A stretch of DNA of 64,000 nucleotides. Origin: an uncultured bacterium (GTDB taxonomy: Bacteria > Acidobacteriota > Thermoanaerobaculia > Multivoradales > JAHZIX01). The notes beneath the pieces are model-generated. The model had not been told where the DNA came from. It made no database searches and saw only the letters and a list, made by a program, of their open reading frames with translations. The stretch spans positions 160,001 through 224,000 of the forward strand of contig CBDUPA010000008.1 in NCBI GenBank assembly GCA_965368975.1, written 5' to 3'. The number at the start of each line of letters is the position of its first letter. Positions within the stretch are counted from its first letter, which is position 1. Position numbers and translations under genes: made by a program. Of the stretch, positions 28,273-37,653 are shown one piece after another.

Positions 28273-28323
28273 CTGAACGCCGTTCAGTGAATGAATGCTA
28301 GTCGTTCCATGATGGCCAGTCAA
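28273..28323 (-). promoter_or_regulatory. Sigma70-type promoter and palindromic operator of the tetR-efflux operon
   Basis: TTGACT (28323-28318), 17 nt, TAGCAT (28300-28295); palindrome CTGAAC-GCC-GTTCAG at 28273-28287. Confidence 0.75.
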
Positions 28324-28482
28324 GATCTCTCAGGGTCTCAGGCCACGGGGCTACGGTGGGCTCGGGCCGCACCGTGGTTGCTCGTGGCGCGGGGGCCTTG
28401 CAGCGACGGTGTACAGCCGTAGAATGGTGACCATGTTGCCGCGTCGTATTTGGGCTTGCACGGAATTGAGGGACTGGTACTG

Positions 28483-30003
28483 ATGCGCCACGGTGTCCGC
28501 AAGCGATCCTGGCGCGGTCTGCGTCGCACCCCGCCCAACGAGCGTTACGACGCCGTCATCATTGGCGCTGGTATCGGCGGCCTGTTCTGCGCCAACCTCC
28601 TGGCGCGCGAAGGGCTGAAGGTGCTGCTGATCGAGCAGCACTACATGGTCGGCGGTTATTGCAGTACTTTCCGCCGTGCTGGCTATACCTTCGACGCCGC
28701 GTCACACTTCTATCCGCTGCTCGGCAATCCGGACACCATCACCGGCAAGTTGCTGCGTGCATTGGGTGCCGAGGTCGAGTGGGTCAAGATGGATCCGGTC
28801 GACACCTTCCACTTCCCGGACGGCAGCCGCTTCGAAGTGCCCGCTGACTACGACGACTACCGCCGCCGTCTCGACGCAGAGTTTCCGCACCAGCGCGAGA
28901 ACCTACAGCGCTTCTTCGAGCAGGTGCGAGAGACATACCTGGCCGGCCTGCTGGAATACTTCCGTGGTCGGCGAACCTCGCGTCTCGACGCCTACCGAGA
29001 CCTGACGCTCGGTGAGGTCTTGCACCGACAGTTTGATGATCGCAAACTCGAGTTGCTGCTCACCGCCGACTGTCCACACTGGGGTTCACCACCGAGCCGT
29101 ACGTCATTCGTCTTCGACTCGATGCTGCGCTTGTCGTACTTCCTCGGCAACTACTACCCGGTAGGTGGCTCGCAGGCGTTCTCGGACGGGCTGGCGTCGC
29201 GCTTCGAGGAGCAGGGGGGGCATATCTTGATGAGCACGGAGGTCGAGGAAATCCTGGTCGAGACGCGGGACGGTCGACCGCGTGCCGTGGGGGTCCAGAC
29301 GGCGATCCGCCGCGGACAGCAGGTCGAACAGCGCCGGGTCCAGGCGGATATCGTTGTCTCCAACGCCGACTATCGCCTCACCATGGAGCGCCTTCTCGAT
29401 GCGCGTTGGGTTCCCCCCGAGGACCTAGCCGCGATGCGCCAGCTCAAGCCGAGCTTTCCGTGCTTCCTGACCTACATCGGCCTGCGGGGCATCGAACCGA
29501 AGGTGCTGGAACAGGTCCAAGGCTACTACTGGAACGACTGGAATTTCGACCGCGTCGGGCGCAATGGTCTACGCTGCAAGATCTTCGCTCCGACCCTCTA
29601 CGAGCCGCACATGGCGCCGCCCGGCGGTCAGATCGTGATCCTGCAGAAAGTGCTGGAACTGGACTACCAGGCGGTCCAGAACTGGGAGCAGCACAAGCAA
29701 GAGGTCGAGGACTACGTCGTCGCTCACCTGGAGAGCGTGATTCCCGGCGTGCGCGACAAGATCGTCACGCAGACTAGCGCCTCCGCGGCGACCTCCTGGC
29801 GCTTCACGCGCAACCAGGATGGAGCCATGCTGGGCTGGGAGATGTCGCCGGAACAGCTCGGCGAGGCGAGGCCCGACATCGAAGGTCCCATCGACGGCCT
29901 GTGGCTGGTCGGCCACTGGACGCGTCCTGGTGGTGGCATCACCCCGGTGATCGTGTCGGCGATGCGGGCAGCGGAGGGGATTCTGAAAACGAAGCCGCCG
30001 TGA
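28483..30003 (+). CDS. FAD-dependent oxidoreductase, phytoene desaturase/retinol saturase-like
   Basis: IIGAGIGG, VGGYCSTF, YYPVGG, VVSNAD and GLWLVGHWTRPGGG motifs. Confidence 0.88.
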   Translation: MRHGVRKRSWRGLRRTPPNERYDAVIIGAGIGGLFCANLLAREGLKVLLIEQHYMVGGYCSTFRRAGYTFDAASHFYPLLGNPDTITGKLLRALGAEVEWVKMDPVDTFHFPDGSRFEVPADYDDYRRRLDAEFPHQRENLQRFFEQVRETYLAGLLEYFRGRRTSRLDAYRDLTLGEVLHRQFDDRKLELLLTADCPHWGSPPSRTSFVFDSMLRLSYFLGNYYPVGGSQAFSDGLASRFEEQGGHILMSTEVEEILVETRDGRPRAVGVQTAIRRGQQVEQRRVQADIVVSNADYRLTMERLLDARWVPPEDLAAMRQLKPSFPCFLTYIGLRGIEPKVLEQVQGYYWNDWNFDRVGRNGLRCKIFAPTLYEPHMAPPGGQIVILQKVLELDYQAVQNWEQHKQEVEDYVVAHLESVIPGVRDKIVTQTSASAATSWRFTRNQDGAMLGWEMSPEQLGEARPDIEGPIDGLWLVGHWTRPGGGITPVIVSAMRAAEGILKTKPP

Positions 30004-30007
30004 GAGG

Positions 30008-32185
30008 TCAGCGGACGAAGAACGGGCTTGTCCACGCGAGCCCACCGTCCTGCTGGACGAGCCGCAGGTAGACGTACTCGCCCGAGGCTAGACCCTTGAT
30101 CGGCAGGGTCATGTCGAGTTCTGAGACACCGCCCACCGGCAGGGTCTCGACCACCTGGCCAGCGCGAATCAGGTCGACGCGCTCGAAGGTGTTCGTGCCG
30201 AAGGCTTGCACGGTGAGCTGGTAGTCGCCTGCAGGGACGTCGGCACCGATGGGGTAGGAGGTCGTGGCGGCGTCGACGGTACCGGTGAGGTGGCTGGTGA
30301 GCAGGATGCGGGGACCGTTGGTGGCGTAGGCGCGGCGGGACTTGAGGACGTCATAGACGGCATCGCGACTCTTCTCGCCGGTGAGCAGAGCGACCAGGCC
30401 GCCGCTGGGGGAGGCGATGTGGGACAGGCCGGGATGGCCGTCGTGGCTGTCACCGCTGCCGATGAAGCCGAGGTCGTAGCCGAGGTCGAGGGCATCGCGC
30501 ACGAAGTGGCCGACGATCGGGCGGTAGATGCCGCGCGGAGAGTCGATGGCCTCGGAGCTGCCGTGGACGGAGACGAGCTCGGCGATCGGTTCGAGCTGCG
30601 GGTCGGGCTCGAAGCTCCAGTCGGTCTCGATCGGGCCACCGGCACAGTGGTGGGGCACGGTGATCGTCTTGGTGCCGGCGAGCGCGGCCCACAGTTCGTC
30701 GGGTGTGTCGGTGGCGGGGTCGAGGTAGGTCACAAGGGGCGTCTGAGGACCGAAGTAGAGCACCTGGCGGTGGCCATAGACCCAGTTGGTCCACTCGATG
30801 CCGGGCACGGTGACGAAGCGGCCGGGATCGTGGTATTCGACGTTGAGGTTCAGGATGTGGTTCCACGTCTGTGGATTTTCGTCCAGGAAGGGGCGCCCCC
30901 AGTGGTCGTGATCGGTCAAAGAAATGACGTCGAGGCCGGCGATGTCGCGCGCGTAGCGGAAGAAGTCTTCGGGGGTACCGGTGCCGTCGGAGGCGGCGGA
31001 GTGGCCTTGCAGGTCGGCCCAGATCACCGGCTCGACGTCCGTGCCGACCCGCAGCGGAGCGCTGAGGCTTTCGAGCACGGTCGATGCTCCCCTGTCGGAG
31101 CTGGCCTGCTCGGAGCTGGCCTCTTCGGAGTTGGTCTCTTCGGAGTTAGGCATCTCGAAGCGAGCCCGCAGGCGGTACAGGCCCGGGCGGGTGACGCGGA
31201 ACTCGCTGCTGACGTGGCCCTGGTCTTCGGGCTTCAGCGTCATGGGCGCCGGCAGCTCCAAGCCTTCCATGGCCTGCAGCGTCAACGTGCCCTGCACCGG
31301 ATTCCAGGCGTTGCCCATGCGGTCGAGGACGGCCGCGGTCAGGCGCAGCGTGTCGCCGGGGGCGGCGGTGCTGGGGACGGTGAGCTCGAGGCGGGTCGGT
31401 GGGCCGGCGACGGTGTCGATGCGCGGCGGATCGGGCACCAGGTGGTGGTGGCCATCGCCGTCGCCGTCGACGCCGAACCAGAAGGCGGAGCCCTGCTCGG
31501 CAAAGACGTCGGCCTGCGCTCCGGCCGGTCCGGCGCCGTAGACGATGCGTAGCTGTTCGCCGGCTTCGAGCGCCCGACCCTGGATCTCAATGCGCAGCGT
31601 GCGTCGGCGCGGCTGCACGGAGAGGCCGAGTTGCAGCTCGTCGCCGTAGGCGAAGACCTGGGTGTACCCTCCCATGCGCGCGGCGGTGATCTGTGGCGGC
31701 GTCCACTTCCAGAACATCGGAACGTGGAAGCGGATCGAGCCGCCGGGCTGCACGCCTTGCGGCCCGGCCTCGTAGACGAACGCCCAGCGGCTGGCAGTGC
31801 CGGCGACCACTTCCTGGGGGCCGTCCGCCAGCCAGGCGCGACCGGCACCGTCGGCGGGGTGGTGCGGCGCGTTGGCTTGCTGGCGCAGGATCTGGAGTTC
31901 GCGCAGGCGCTGGGCCAGGACTTGCTGGCGATCCTGCTGGACGATCAGGCCCTGGGCCTGGACCGGGGTCTGTCCCGCGTCCGTGTTGGCGTTCGTGTCG
32001 ATGTCAGAGTGGGCCGGGTTGCTTTCTTCCAGGCCGCTTCCCTGCAGGCCGCTCTTCTCGAAGCTGTGATCGGCAGTGAAGGAGCTGGTGGCCGCGGGGT
32101 CCGGCTGCGCTGCCAGCATGGCGAGGGTGACGACGGGTAGAAGGAGGCATCCTAGCACCGGTGTCCACCAGGAGCGAAGTCTCAT
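30008..32185 (-). CDS. Secreted PHP-like metallohydrolase (DUF3604/CehA-McbA-like)
   Basis: Signal peptide; WADLQGHS..SDG, LTDHD, GIEWT..GH, GSGDSHDGHPG and YATNGPRI motifs. Confidence 0.8.
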   Translation of the reverse strand: MRLRSWWTPVLGCLLLPVVTLAMLAAQPDPAATSSFTADHSFEKSGLQGSGLEESNPAHSDIDTNANTDAGQTPVQAQGLIVQQDRQQVLAQRLRELQILRQQANAPHHPADGAGRAWLADGPQEVVAGTASRWAFVYEAGPQGVQPGGSIRFHVPMFWKWTPPQITAARMGGYTQVFAYGDELQLGLSVQPRRRTLRIEIQGRALEAGEQLRIVYGAGPAGAQADVFAEQGSAFWFGVDGDGDGHHHLVPDPPRIDTVAGPPTRLELTVPSTAAPGDTLRLTAAVLDRMGNAWNPVQGTLTLQAMEGLELPAPMTLKPEDQGHVSSEFRVTRPGLYRLRARFEMPNSEETNSEEASSEQASSDRGASTVLESLSAPLRVGTDVEPVIWADLQGHSAASDGTGTPEDFFRYARDIAGLDVISLTDHDHWGRPFLDENPQTWNHILNLNVEYHDPGRFVTVPGIEWTNWVYGHRQVLYFGPQTPLVTYLDPATDTPDELWAALAGTKTITVPHHCAGGPIETDWSFEPDPQLEPIAELVSVHGSSEAIDSPRGIYRPIVGHFVRDALDLGYDLGFIGSGDSHDGHPGLSHIASPSGGLVALLTGEKSRDAVYDVLKSRRAYATNGPRILLTSHLTGTVDAATTSYPIGADVPAGDYQLTVQAFGTNTFERVDLIRAGQVVETLPVGGVSELDMTLPIKGLASGEYVYLRLVQQDGGLAWTSPFFVR

Positions 32186-34602
32186 CAAGATTCCTCGGGC
32201 AGGATGCGGTCTTCGCGCGACAGCTGGGCGGCGACCAGGCGGCTGTAGTGACCGTCTCCGCGCTCCAGCAATTCTTCGTGCGTGCCTTGCTCGACGACCT
32301 CGCCCTCGTGCATGACCAGAATCAGGTCGGCCCGGCGCACGGTGCTGAGCCGGTGGGCGATGACGATGCGAGTGCAGCGCAGGGCCTGGAGTTCGGCGTG
32401 GATGGAGGCCTCGGTGACGGCATCGAGTGCCGAGGTGGCTTCGTCGAGCAGTAGGATGGCCGGCTTGTGGACCAGCGCGCGGGCCAGCGCGATGCGTTGC
32501 CGCTGACCACCGGAGAGCGAGGTACCGCCGTCGGCGAGTAGCGTCTCGTAGCCCATCGGCAGCGCCATGATGTCGTCGTGGATGTAGGCCAGTCGAGCGG
32601 CATCCATGACCCGGTCGAGGGGCAGAGTCGGGTCGGCCATGGCGATGTTGGCGCGGATCGAGGTGCCGAAGAGGTAAGGCTGCTGCGACACGATGCCGAG
32701 TTGGCTACGCACCGAGCGGAACTCCAAGCGTTCGAGGTCGACGCCATCGTAGTAGATCTTGCCGGAGGTGGGGATGAACAGGCCGAGCAGCAGGTTGGCC
32801 AGGGTCGACTTGCCCGAGCCCGAGCGGCCGACGATGGCGACAAAGTCGCCGGGTTCGATCTTCAGGGCGACGTCGCGCACCACCATGGGTGCCATCGGGT
32901 TGTAGCGGAAGCTGACACCTTCGAGACGGATCTGCCCGGCGACCTTGCCGGCGGGGGTGACCTCTTCGCGATCCTGTTCCTTGGGCGTGTCCAGGACGTC
33001 GTTGATACGGTCCAGGTAGCTTCCCATCAGCTGCAGCTGTGTGGCAGTGCCGACCAGCGTTGTCAACGGTGCCAGGAAGGAGCCGGCGAGGGCATTGGCG
33101 GCCAGCATGGTGCCCAGGGTCAGTTCGCCGTTGAGTACCAGGAAACCGCCGACGACGAGGATCAGCAGCGGTGAACCGGTGGCGAGGGCGGAGAGCGAAG
33201 AGTCGATCAGCGCGTTCAATCGACCGCGGTCGATGATCACGTTCAGCTCGTCGACGAAGAGGTTGGACCACAACTCGACGGAGCGCTTTTCGGTGCCGCT
33301 GGCCTTCAGCGTCTCGATGCCGGTGAGCAGTTGCACTTGGTAGCCACGTGACTTGGCCTCGGCTTGCAGCGCTTCGCTCATCAGGTCGCGCTGCTTTCTG
33401 CGCGTGAGCAGGAAGATGATCACGCGTAGCAGGCCCAGGCCGAGCACGACGGTCGCCATGGTGGTGCTGGTGATGTAGAGCACTACCAGGTAGAGGACGA
33501 CCATGAAGCCGTCGAGGATGCCGGAGATGGTGCCGGTGGTCAGGATCTCGCGGATCGTCGAGTTGCTGTTGAGGCGCATCAGCAGGTCACCGGCTGAGCG
33601 CTGCTGGAAGTAGGCGTAGGGCAGGTCGACGAGGTGGTCGAGGAAATCGAGGGTCAAGCGCGCGTCGAGCTGGGTACGCAGCTGTAGCAGCAGGTAGGAG
33701 CGGATCAGCGAGGTGACGAACTGGAAGCCGACGATGCCCACCAGGCCGGCGGCGATCACCAGCAGCAACTGCGTATCGCCGCGTGGAACCACGCGGTCGA
33801 CCAGCAGGCCGGTGAGAATGGGCAGGGCGAGCGCGAACAACTGCACCAGCACCGAGGTGACGATCACCCGTGACAGCACGCCGCTCTGCGCCAGGATCTG
33901 GCTCAGATAGCGCCACAGCCCTTTCTTGCGCGTGTCTTCGGGTTCGAAGTCGTCGCTCGGGTCGAAGACCAGGGCGACGCCGGTGAACTGGCGGCGTAGC
34001 GTTTCCTTGCTCACCTTACGGCGGCCGCCGGAGGGGTCGACGATCGTGGCCTTCTCGCCGTCCCAAGCCTCGAAGACCACGAAGTGCTGGAAGCCCCAAT
34101 GCAGGATCGACGCGCGGTCGAGGTACTGCAGGTCGTCGATCTCTTCGACCTTGACGCCACGGCCGCGCAGGCCGTACCAGCGGCCCACCCGCAGTAGCGT
34201 CAGGGCGTCGGCGCCGCGACTGCCGACGCCGGCCAGATTGCGCACTTCGTCGAGGTTGATCTGCTTGCCGTAGTAGGCCAGGACCATGGTCAGGCAGGCC
34301 GGACCGCAGTCGGCGGCGGCGGTCTGCTGCACGTACGGTACGCGCCGCTGGCTGCCCAGGCGCTTGACGTTGAGCAGGGCCGGGAAGCGGGCCAGCAAGG
34401 ACGCGGGCTTGGCCGCAGTGCTCGCGTCTGGATCGTTCAGGCCTACTTCGTCGTCTCCGTCGTCGTCGCGGTAGGCATTGCCGTGCGGGTCGGAGTCGGC
34501 GTCGAAGGTACCGCCCGGCACCATGCGGTTCGGCGCTTCGGTGTCGGCGCTGTTGCCGGTGCCGTCGTTCGGGGCCCGGTCGTGCGGGTTGCGCTCGCTC
34601 AT
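32185..34602 (-). CDS. C39 peptidase-containing ABC transporter (PCAT)
   Basis: QQTAAADCGPACL, HFVV and VDP catalytic residues; ABC TM domain; GRSGSGKS, LSGGQRQR and LLLDEAT. Confidence 0.93.
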   Translation of the reverse strand: MSERNPHDRAPNDGTGNSADTEAPNRMVPGGTFDADSDPHGNAYRDDDGDDEVGLNDPDASTAAKPASLLARFPALLNVKRLGSQRRVPYVQQTAAADCGPACLTMVLAYYGKQINLDEVRNLAGVGSRGADALTLLRVGRWYGLRGRGVKVEEIDDLQYLDRASILHWGFQHFVVFEAWDGEKATIVDPSGGRRKVSKETLRRQFTGVALVFDPSDDFEPEDTRKKGLWRYLSQILAQSGVLSRVIVTSVLVQLFALALPILTGLLVDRVVPRGDTQLLLVIAAGLVGIVGFQFVTSLIRSYLLLQLRTQLDARLTLDFLDHLVDLPYAYFQQRSAGDLLMRLNSNSTIREILTTGTISGILDGFMVVLYLVVLYITSTTMATVVLGLGLLRVIIFLLTRRKQRDLMSEALQAEAKSRGYQVQLLTGIETLKASGTEKRSVELWSNLFVDELNVIIDRGRLNALIDSSLSALATGSPLLILVVGGFLVLNGELTLGTMLAANALAGSFLAPLTTLVGTATQLQLMGSYLDRINDVLDTPKEQDREEVTPAGKVAGQIRLEGVSFRYNPMAPMVVRDVALKIEPGDFVAIVGRSGSGKSTLANLLLGLFIPTSGKIYYDGVDLERLEFRSVRSQLGIVSQQPYLFGTSIRANIAMADPTLPLDRVMDAARLAYIHDDIMALPMGYETLLADGGTSLSGGQRQRIALARALVHKPAILLLDEATSALDAVTEASIHAELQALRCTRIVIAHRLSTVRRADLILVMHEGEVVEQGTHEELLERGDGHYSRLVAAQLSREDRILPEES

Positions 34603-34617
34603 GCGTCTACCGGGCCT

Positions 34618-36618
34618 TCAGTTCTGCCGCAGGGCCTTGAGGCCCGGGACGAGGGTGAGCAGGATGGGTTCGGAACGCACACGTACCTCGGCGGTGCCGT
34701 GCATGCCGTCGTGGAACTCGTAGATCTCACCGTCACTCTCGAACTGCGTCGACTCCAGCCGTGCTTCGACCAGGATGACTGGGCCCAGGATCGGCAGCGC
34801 CTCGGCGATTGCCGGTCCGAGCGCGCGCCGCGCCTCGGAAGGACCGATGACCTGCTCGCTGACCGTCTCGACGACCAGGTGCTGGTAGGTGTAGGCGTAG
34901 CCGGACAGTTCCATGCGCAGCGGTTGGCCGGGACGGATCAACGGGCGGTACTGGCCGGGCAGCAGCGCCGTCAGGTAGAGCTGCTGCGCGTGGCGGCGCA
35001 GCGATAGCAGGAGCTGGCCCGGGCTGACGAACTGGCTGGCACGGATGCGAACGTCGCTGACCACGCCGTCGTGCGGCGCGCGCACGGAGCGATCGGCGAG
35101 GCGGGATTGAGCCAGGTCGAGCTGTGACTGCAAGGCCAGCAGGCTGCGCTCGGTGGACACGTCGGCCGGGTTGCGCAGCCGGTTGAGCAGTTGCAGGCGG
35201 ATTTCCTTCTCGATGCGTTCGAGATCCGCCAGCTCTTGTGAGCTGTAGAAGGTCACCAGCAGATCGCCGGCGCGCACGGCCTGGCCGGCTTCGACCTCGA
35301 CGGAAGTGACGGTGCCGGAAATCGGCGCGGTGAGCTCGGCCTGACCGGCGGCGCGGATCACGGCCGGCCCCGAAGCGTACTCGTTGATGCGCCCGATCAG
35401 GCTGTAGGCGAAGGCGACGACCAGCACGGCGAGCAGGACCCAGTAGACCCAGCGTGTCCACGACGGCGAGATGCGCAGCAGGTCGCCCTGGTCGCGCAGG
35501 CCAGCCTGGTGGTGGGCTAGGGCTTCTTCGCGGAAGACGCTGTCGCTGCCCGAACGCAGGCGAGCCTTGCGGGCCAGTCCGACCATGCGCGGTGCGAACT
35601 GGTCGGCGAGAAGCTCCAGGCGGCGCTGCTCGCTGGCGGTGAACACGGGGCGCGAGGCGTGGCGCACCGCTACCAAGACGGCGAGTACGTGGACGTCGTC
35701 GGCGCCGGGACTGCCGATCTCGGTGTTGCCGGTCTGGGGCGCCAGGATCGGCACCGCCAGGAAGTGCTCGTCTGGCTTGCCGTCCGGGTTGTCGGCTTCT
35801 TCGTCGAAGCGCGGATCGTCGCCCACTTGCTCGCGACGGATCGCGTTTCCGGTGCGCGCCACGAAGCTGACCAGGCCGGCGGCGGCGCTCTCGCGTTCGT
35901 CGCTGTCGGCGCGTAGCGGCGACCACAAGCTCTCGCTGGCGGCGTCGTAGAACAGCAACCAGGCGCGCTGTGCCTCGACCAGTTCCTCGATCGCCTCGAC
36001 CGCCAGGCCTTCGGCGCCCTTGAGGTCGCTCTCGGCGGCCATCAGCTGACTGTGGTGCAGGATACGGTCGAGATAGCGGTCGTCAGCGCTGACCACGATC
36101 TGTTCCCGCGGGCCGCTGCCGGTCGCCAGCTTGCGTCGATGGTGTGCCAGGGCACTGGTCAGCAGCGGCGCAAGCTCGTCGAGGGCGAGCGTACGGCGGC
36201 TGAGGTAGAAGAGCTGGTCCTGGTCGATGAACTCCTGGAAGCGTTCGAGGTGCTCGCCGGCTTCCAGCACCAGTTGGCTGCGCGCCGCGTCCGGATACTT
36301 CTCGACCGCCTCGCTGAGCGCCCTGTGGGCCGTCTCGTTGGCGGCGCCGGGGCCCAGGCACAGCACGGATGCCGGTGCACGGGCCAATTCGGCGAGCATG
36401 GCCGGGACGTCCTCGACGCAGCGTAGCCAGTCTTGCGGCGCTGCATGCTGGGCTGCCTTGTAGGCCGCATTGCTCGGCAGAATTTCGCTCAGCTGAGCTA
36501 CCGTTGCGCTGTCGAATCCGACCAGCAGCAGGGACGGTGTGGGCAAGGCGGCGGTGTCGAGGTCGGCGACCTGAGGTAGAGCCATGAGTTTGGGCTGGGT
36601 TTCGAGCCGTGCGGTCAA
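34618..36618 (-). CDS. HlyD-family adaptor fused to receiver-like and GAF domains
   Basis: GAF features (DDPRFDEEAD, FLAVPI, FTASEQRRLELLA); VFREEAL, TM, APISGTV and APHDGVV HlyD motifs; alternative ATG at 36585. Confidence 0.82.
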   Translation of the reverse strand: MTARLETQPKLMALPQVADLDTAALPTPSLLLVGFDSATVAQLSEILPSNAAYKAAQHAAPQDWLRCVEDVPAMLAELARAPASVLCLGPGAANETAHRALSEAVEKYPDAARSQLVLEAGEHLERFQEFIDQDQLFYLSRRTLALDELAPLLTSALAHHRRKLATGSGPREQIVVSADDRYLDRILHHSQLMAAESDLKGAEGLAVEAIEELVEAQRAWLLFYDAASESLWSPLRADSDERESAAAGLVSFVARTGNAIRREQVGDDPRFDEEADNPDGKPDEHFLAVPILAPQTGNTEIGSPGADDVHVLAVLVAVRHASRPVFTASEQRRLELLADQFAPRMVGLARKARLRSGSDSVFREEALAHHQAGLRDQGDLLRISPSWTRWVYWVLLAVLVVAFAYSLIGRINEYASGPAVIRAAGQAELTAPISGTVTSVEVEAGQAVRAGDLLVTFYSSQELADLERIEKEIRLQLLNRLRNPADVSTERSLLALQSQLDLAQSRLADRSVRAPHDGVVSDVRIRASQFVSPGQLLLSLRRHAQQLYLTALLPGQYRPLIRPGQPLRMELSGYAYTYQHLVVETVSEQVIGPSEARRALGPAIAEALPILGPVILVEARLESTQFESDGEIYEFHDGMHGTAEVRVRSEPILLTLVPGLKALRQN

Positions 36619-36717
36619 GAGAATGAAAGTAGCAATGGAGGTGGTCCGCGGTCAAGGTGGCACATGCTTGGCAACTTACGTTGCGCGGGCGCGTAGGTTC
36701 CCTCTAATCTAACCACC

Positions 36718-37653
36718 ATGAGAATCACTTCGCGTCCCACTGTGCATCGTCTCCTCTGGCTTGGCGGCGGTATCTTGATCGCCTGGGCTGGCCTTTCCAT
36801 CTGGACCTGGGTCTTCGAGCCGCGCACCGACCTGCCACCGCAGCCGGATGAAGCGCAGGCGGAGAGCCTCGCCGAGGCCGTGCCGCAGCAGGAATCCGTT
36901 GCCGGGGGCGGGCCGTATGTCGGCGTGGTGCTGGCGCGCCAGGAGGTCGAGGTGGCGGCGGAGAGCCAGGGGCAGCTCGAACGCGTGTACGTGCGCGTCG
37001 GCGACGTCGTGACCAGCGGCCAGCGGCTGGCGTCCCTCGATACGCGCGAGCTGCAGCATCAGTTGGCGATCGAGCGGGCCAATCTGCAAGCCGCACAGGC
37101 CGAGCAGCGACGTTTGTCGCTCAGTGTGTCGCAGGCCGAGGGTGAATACGCGCGGCGTCAGCAGCTCAGGGATGTGGTGTCGGCGGAGGAGATCGAAGCC
37201 GCCGCCTTTGCTCGTGACACCGCCATCGCGGCGCGCGAAGCGGCCGAAGCGCGCGAGACGGAGGTCCAGGCGCGCATCAGCCAGCTGCAGGAGCGTCTGG
37301 CGCGTTCCGAGATCCGAGCGCCCTACGCCGGGACCATTGCCCTGCGTCTCCTGGACGAGGGGTCCTTGGTCGGTCCCGGGACGCCGGTGGTGCGGCTGAT
37401 CAGCTCCGGTGACTTGCTGCTGCGCTTTGCCGTCCCGCCGGAAGAAGCGGACGCACTGAAGCTTGGTACGCGGGTCGAAGCACGGCTGGACGGCCTGCCG
37501 CTGACGCTGCACGGTACCGTCGAGCACTTGGCGCCGGAGATCGACCTGGCGTCGCAGCTGGTGTTCGTCGAGGCACGGGTCGAGGAGACGTTGGACGGGC
37601 AGCGCTTCCCGGCCGGCGCCGCGGCCGAAGTGCGCATCGTGGACGCGGGGTGA
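36718..37653 (+). CDS. Efflux periplasmic adaptor subunit (MFP)
   Basis: TM anchor, VRVGDVVTSGQRLASLD, coiled coil, IRAPYAG. Confidence 0.85.
   Translation: MRITSRPTVHRLLWLGGGILIAWAGLSIWTWVFEPRTDLPPQPDEAQAESLAEAVPQQESVAGGGPYVGVVLARQEVEVAAESQGQLERVYVRVGDVVTSGQRLASLDTRELQHQLAIERANLQAAQAEQRRLSLSVSQAEGEYARRQQLRDVVSAEEIEAAAFARDTAIAAREAAEARETEVQARISQLQERLARSEIRAPYAGTIALRLLDEGSLVGPGTPVVRLISSGDLLLRFAVPPEEADALKLGTRVEARLDGLPLTLHGTVEHLAPEIDLASQLVFVEARVEETLDGQRFPAGAAAEVRIVDAG

Noticed and set aside
28483-30003. Carotenoid biosynthesis cluster (crtI)
   Set aside because: No crtB/crtE nearby; only a family-level call is supportable
36619-36717. RiPP precursor between the two adaptor genes
   Set aside because: About 100 bp with no credible ORF or double-glycine leader; probably a divergent promoter region
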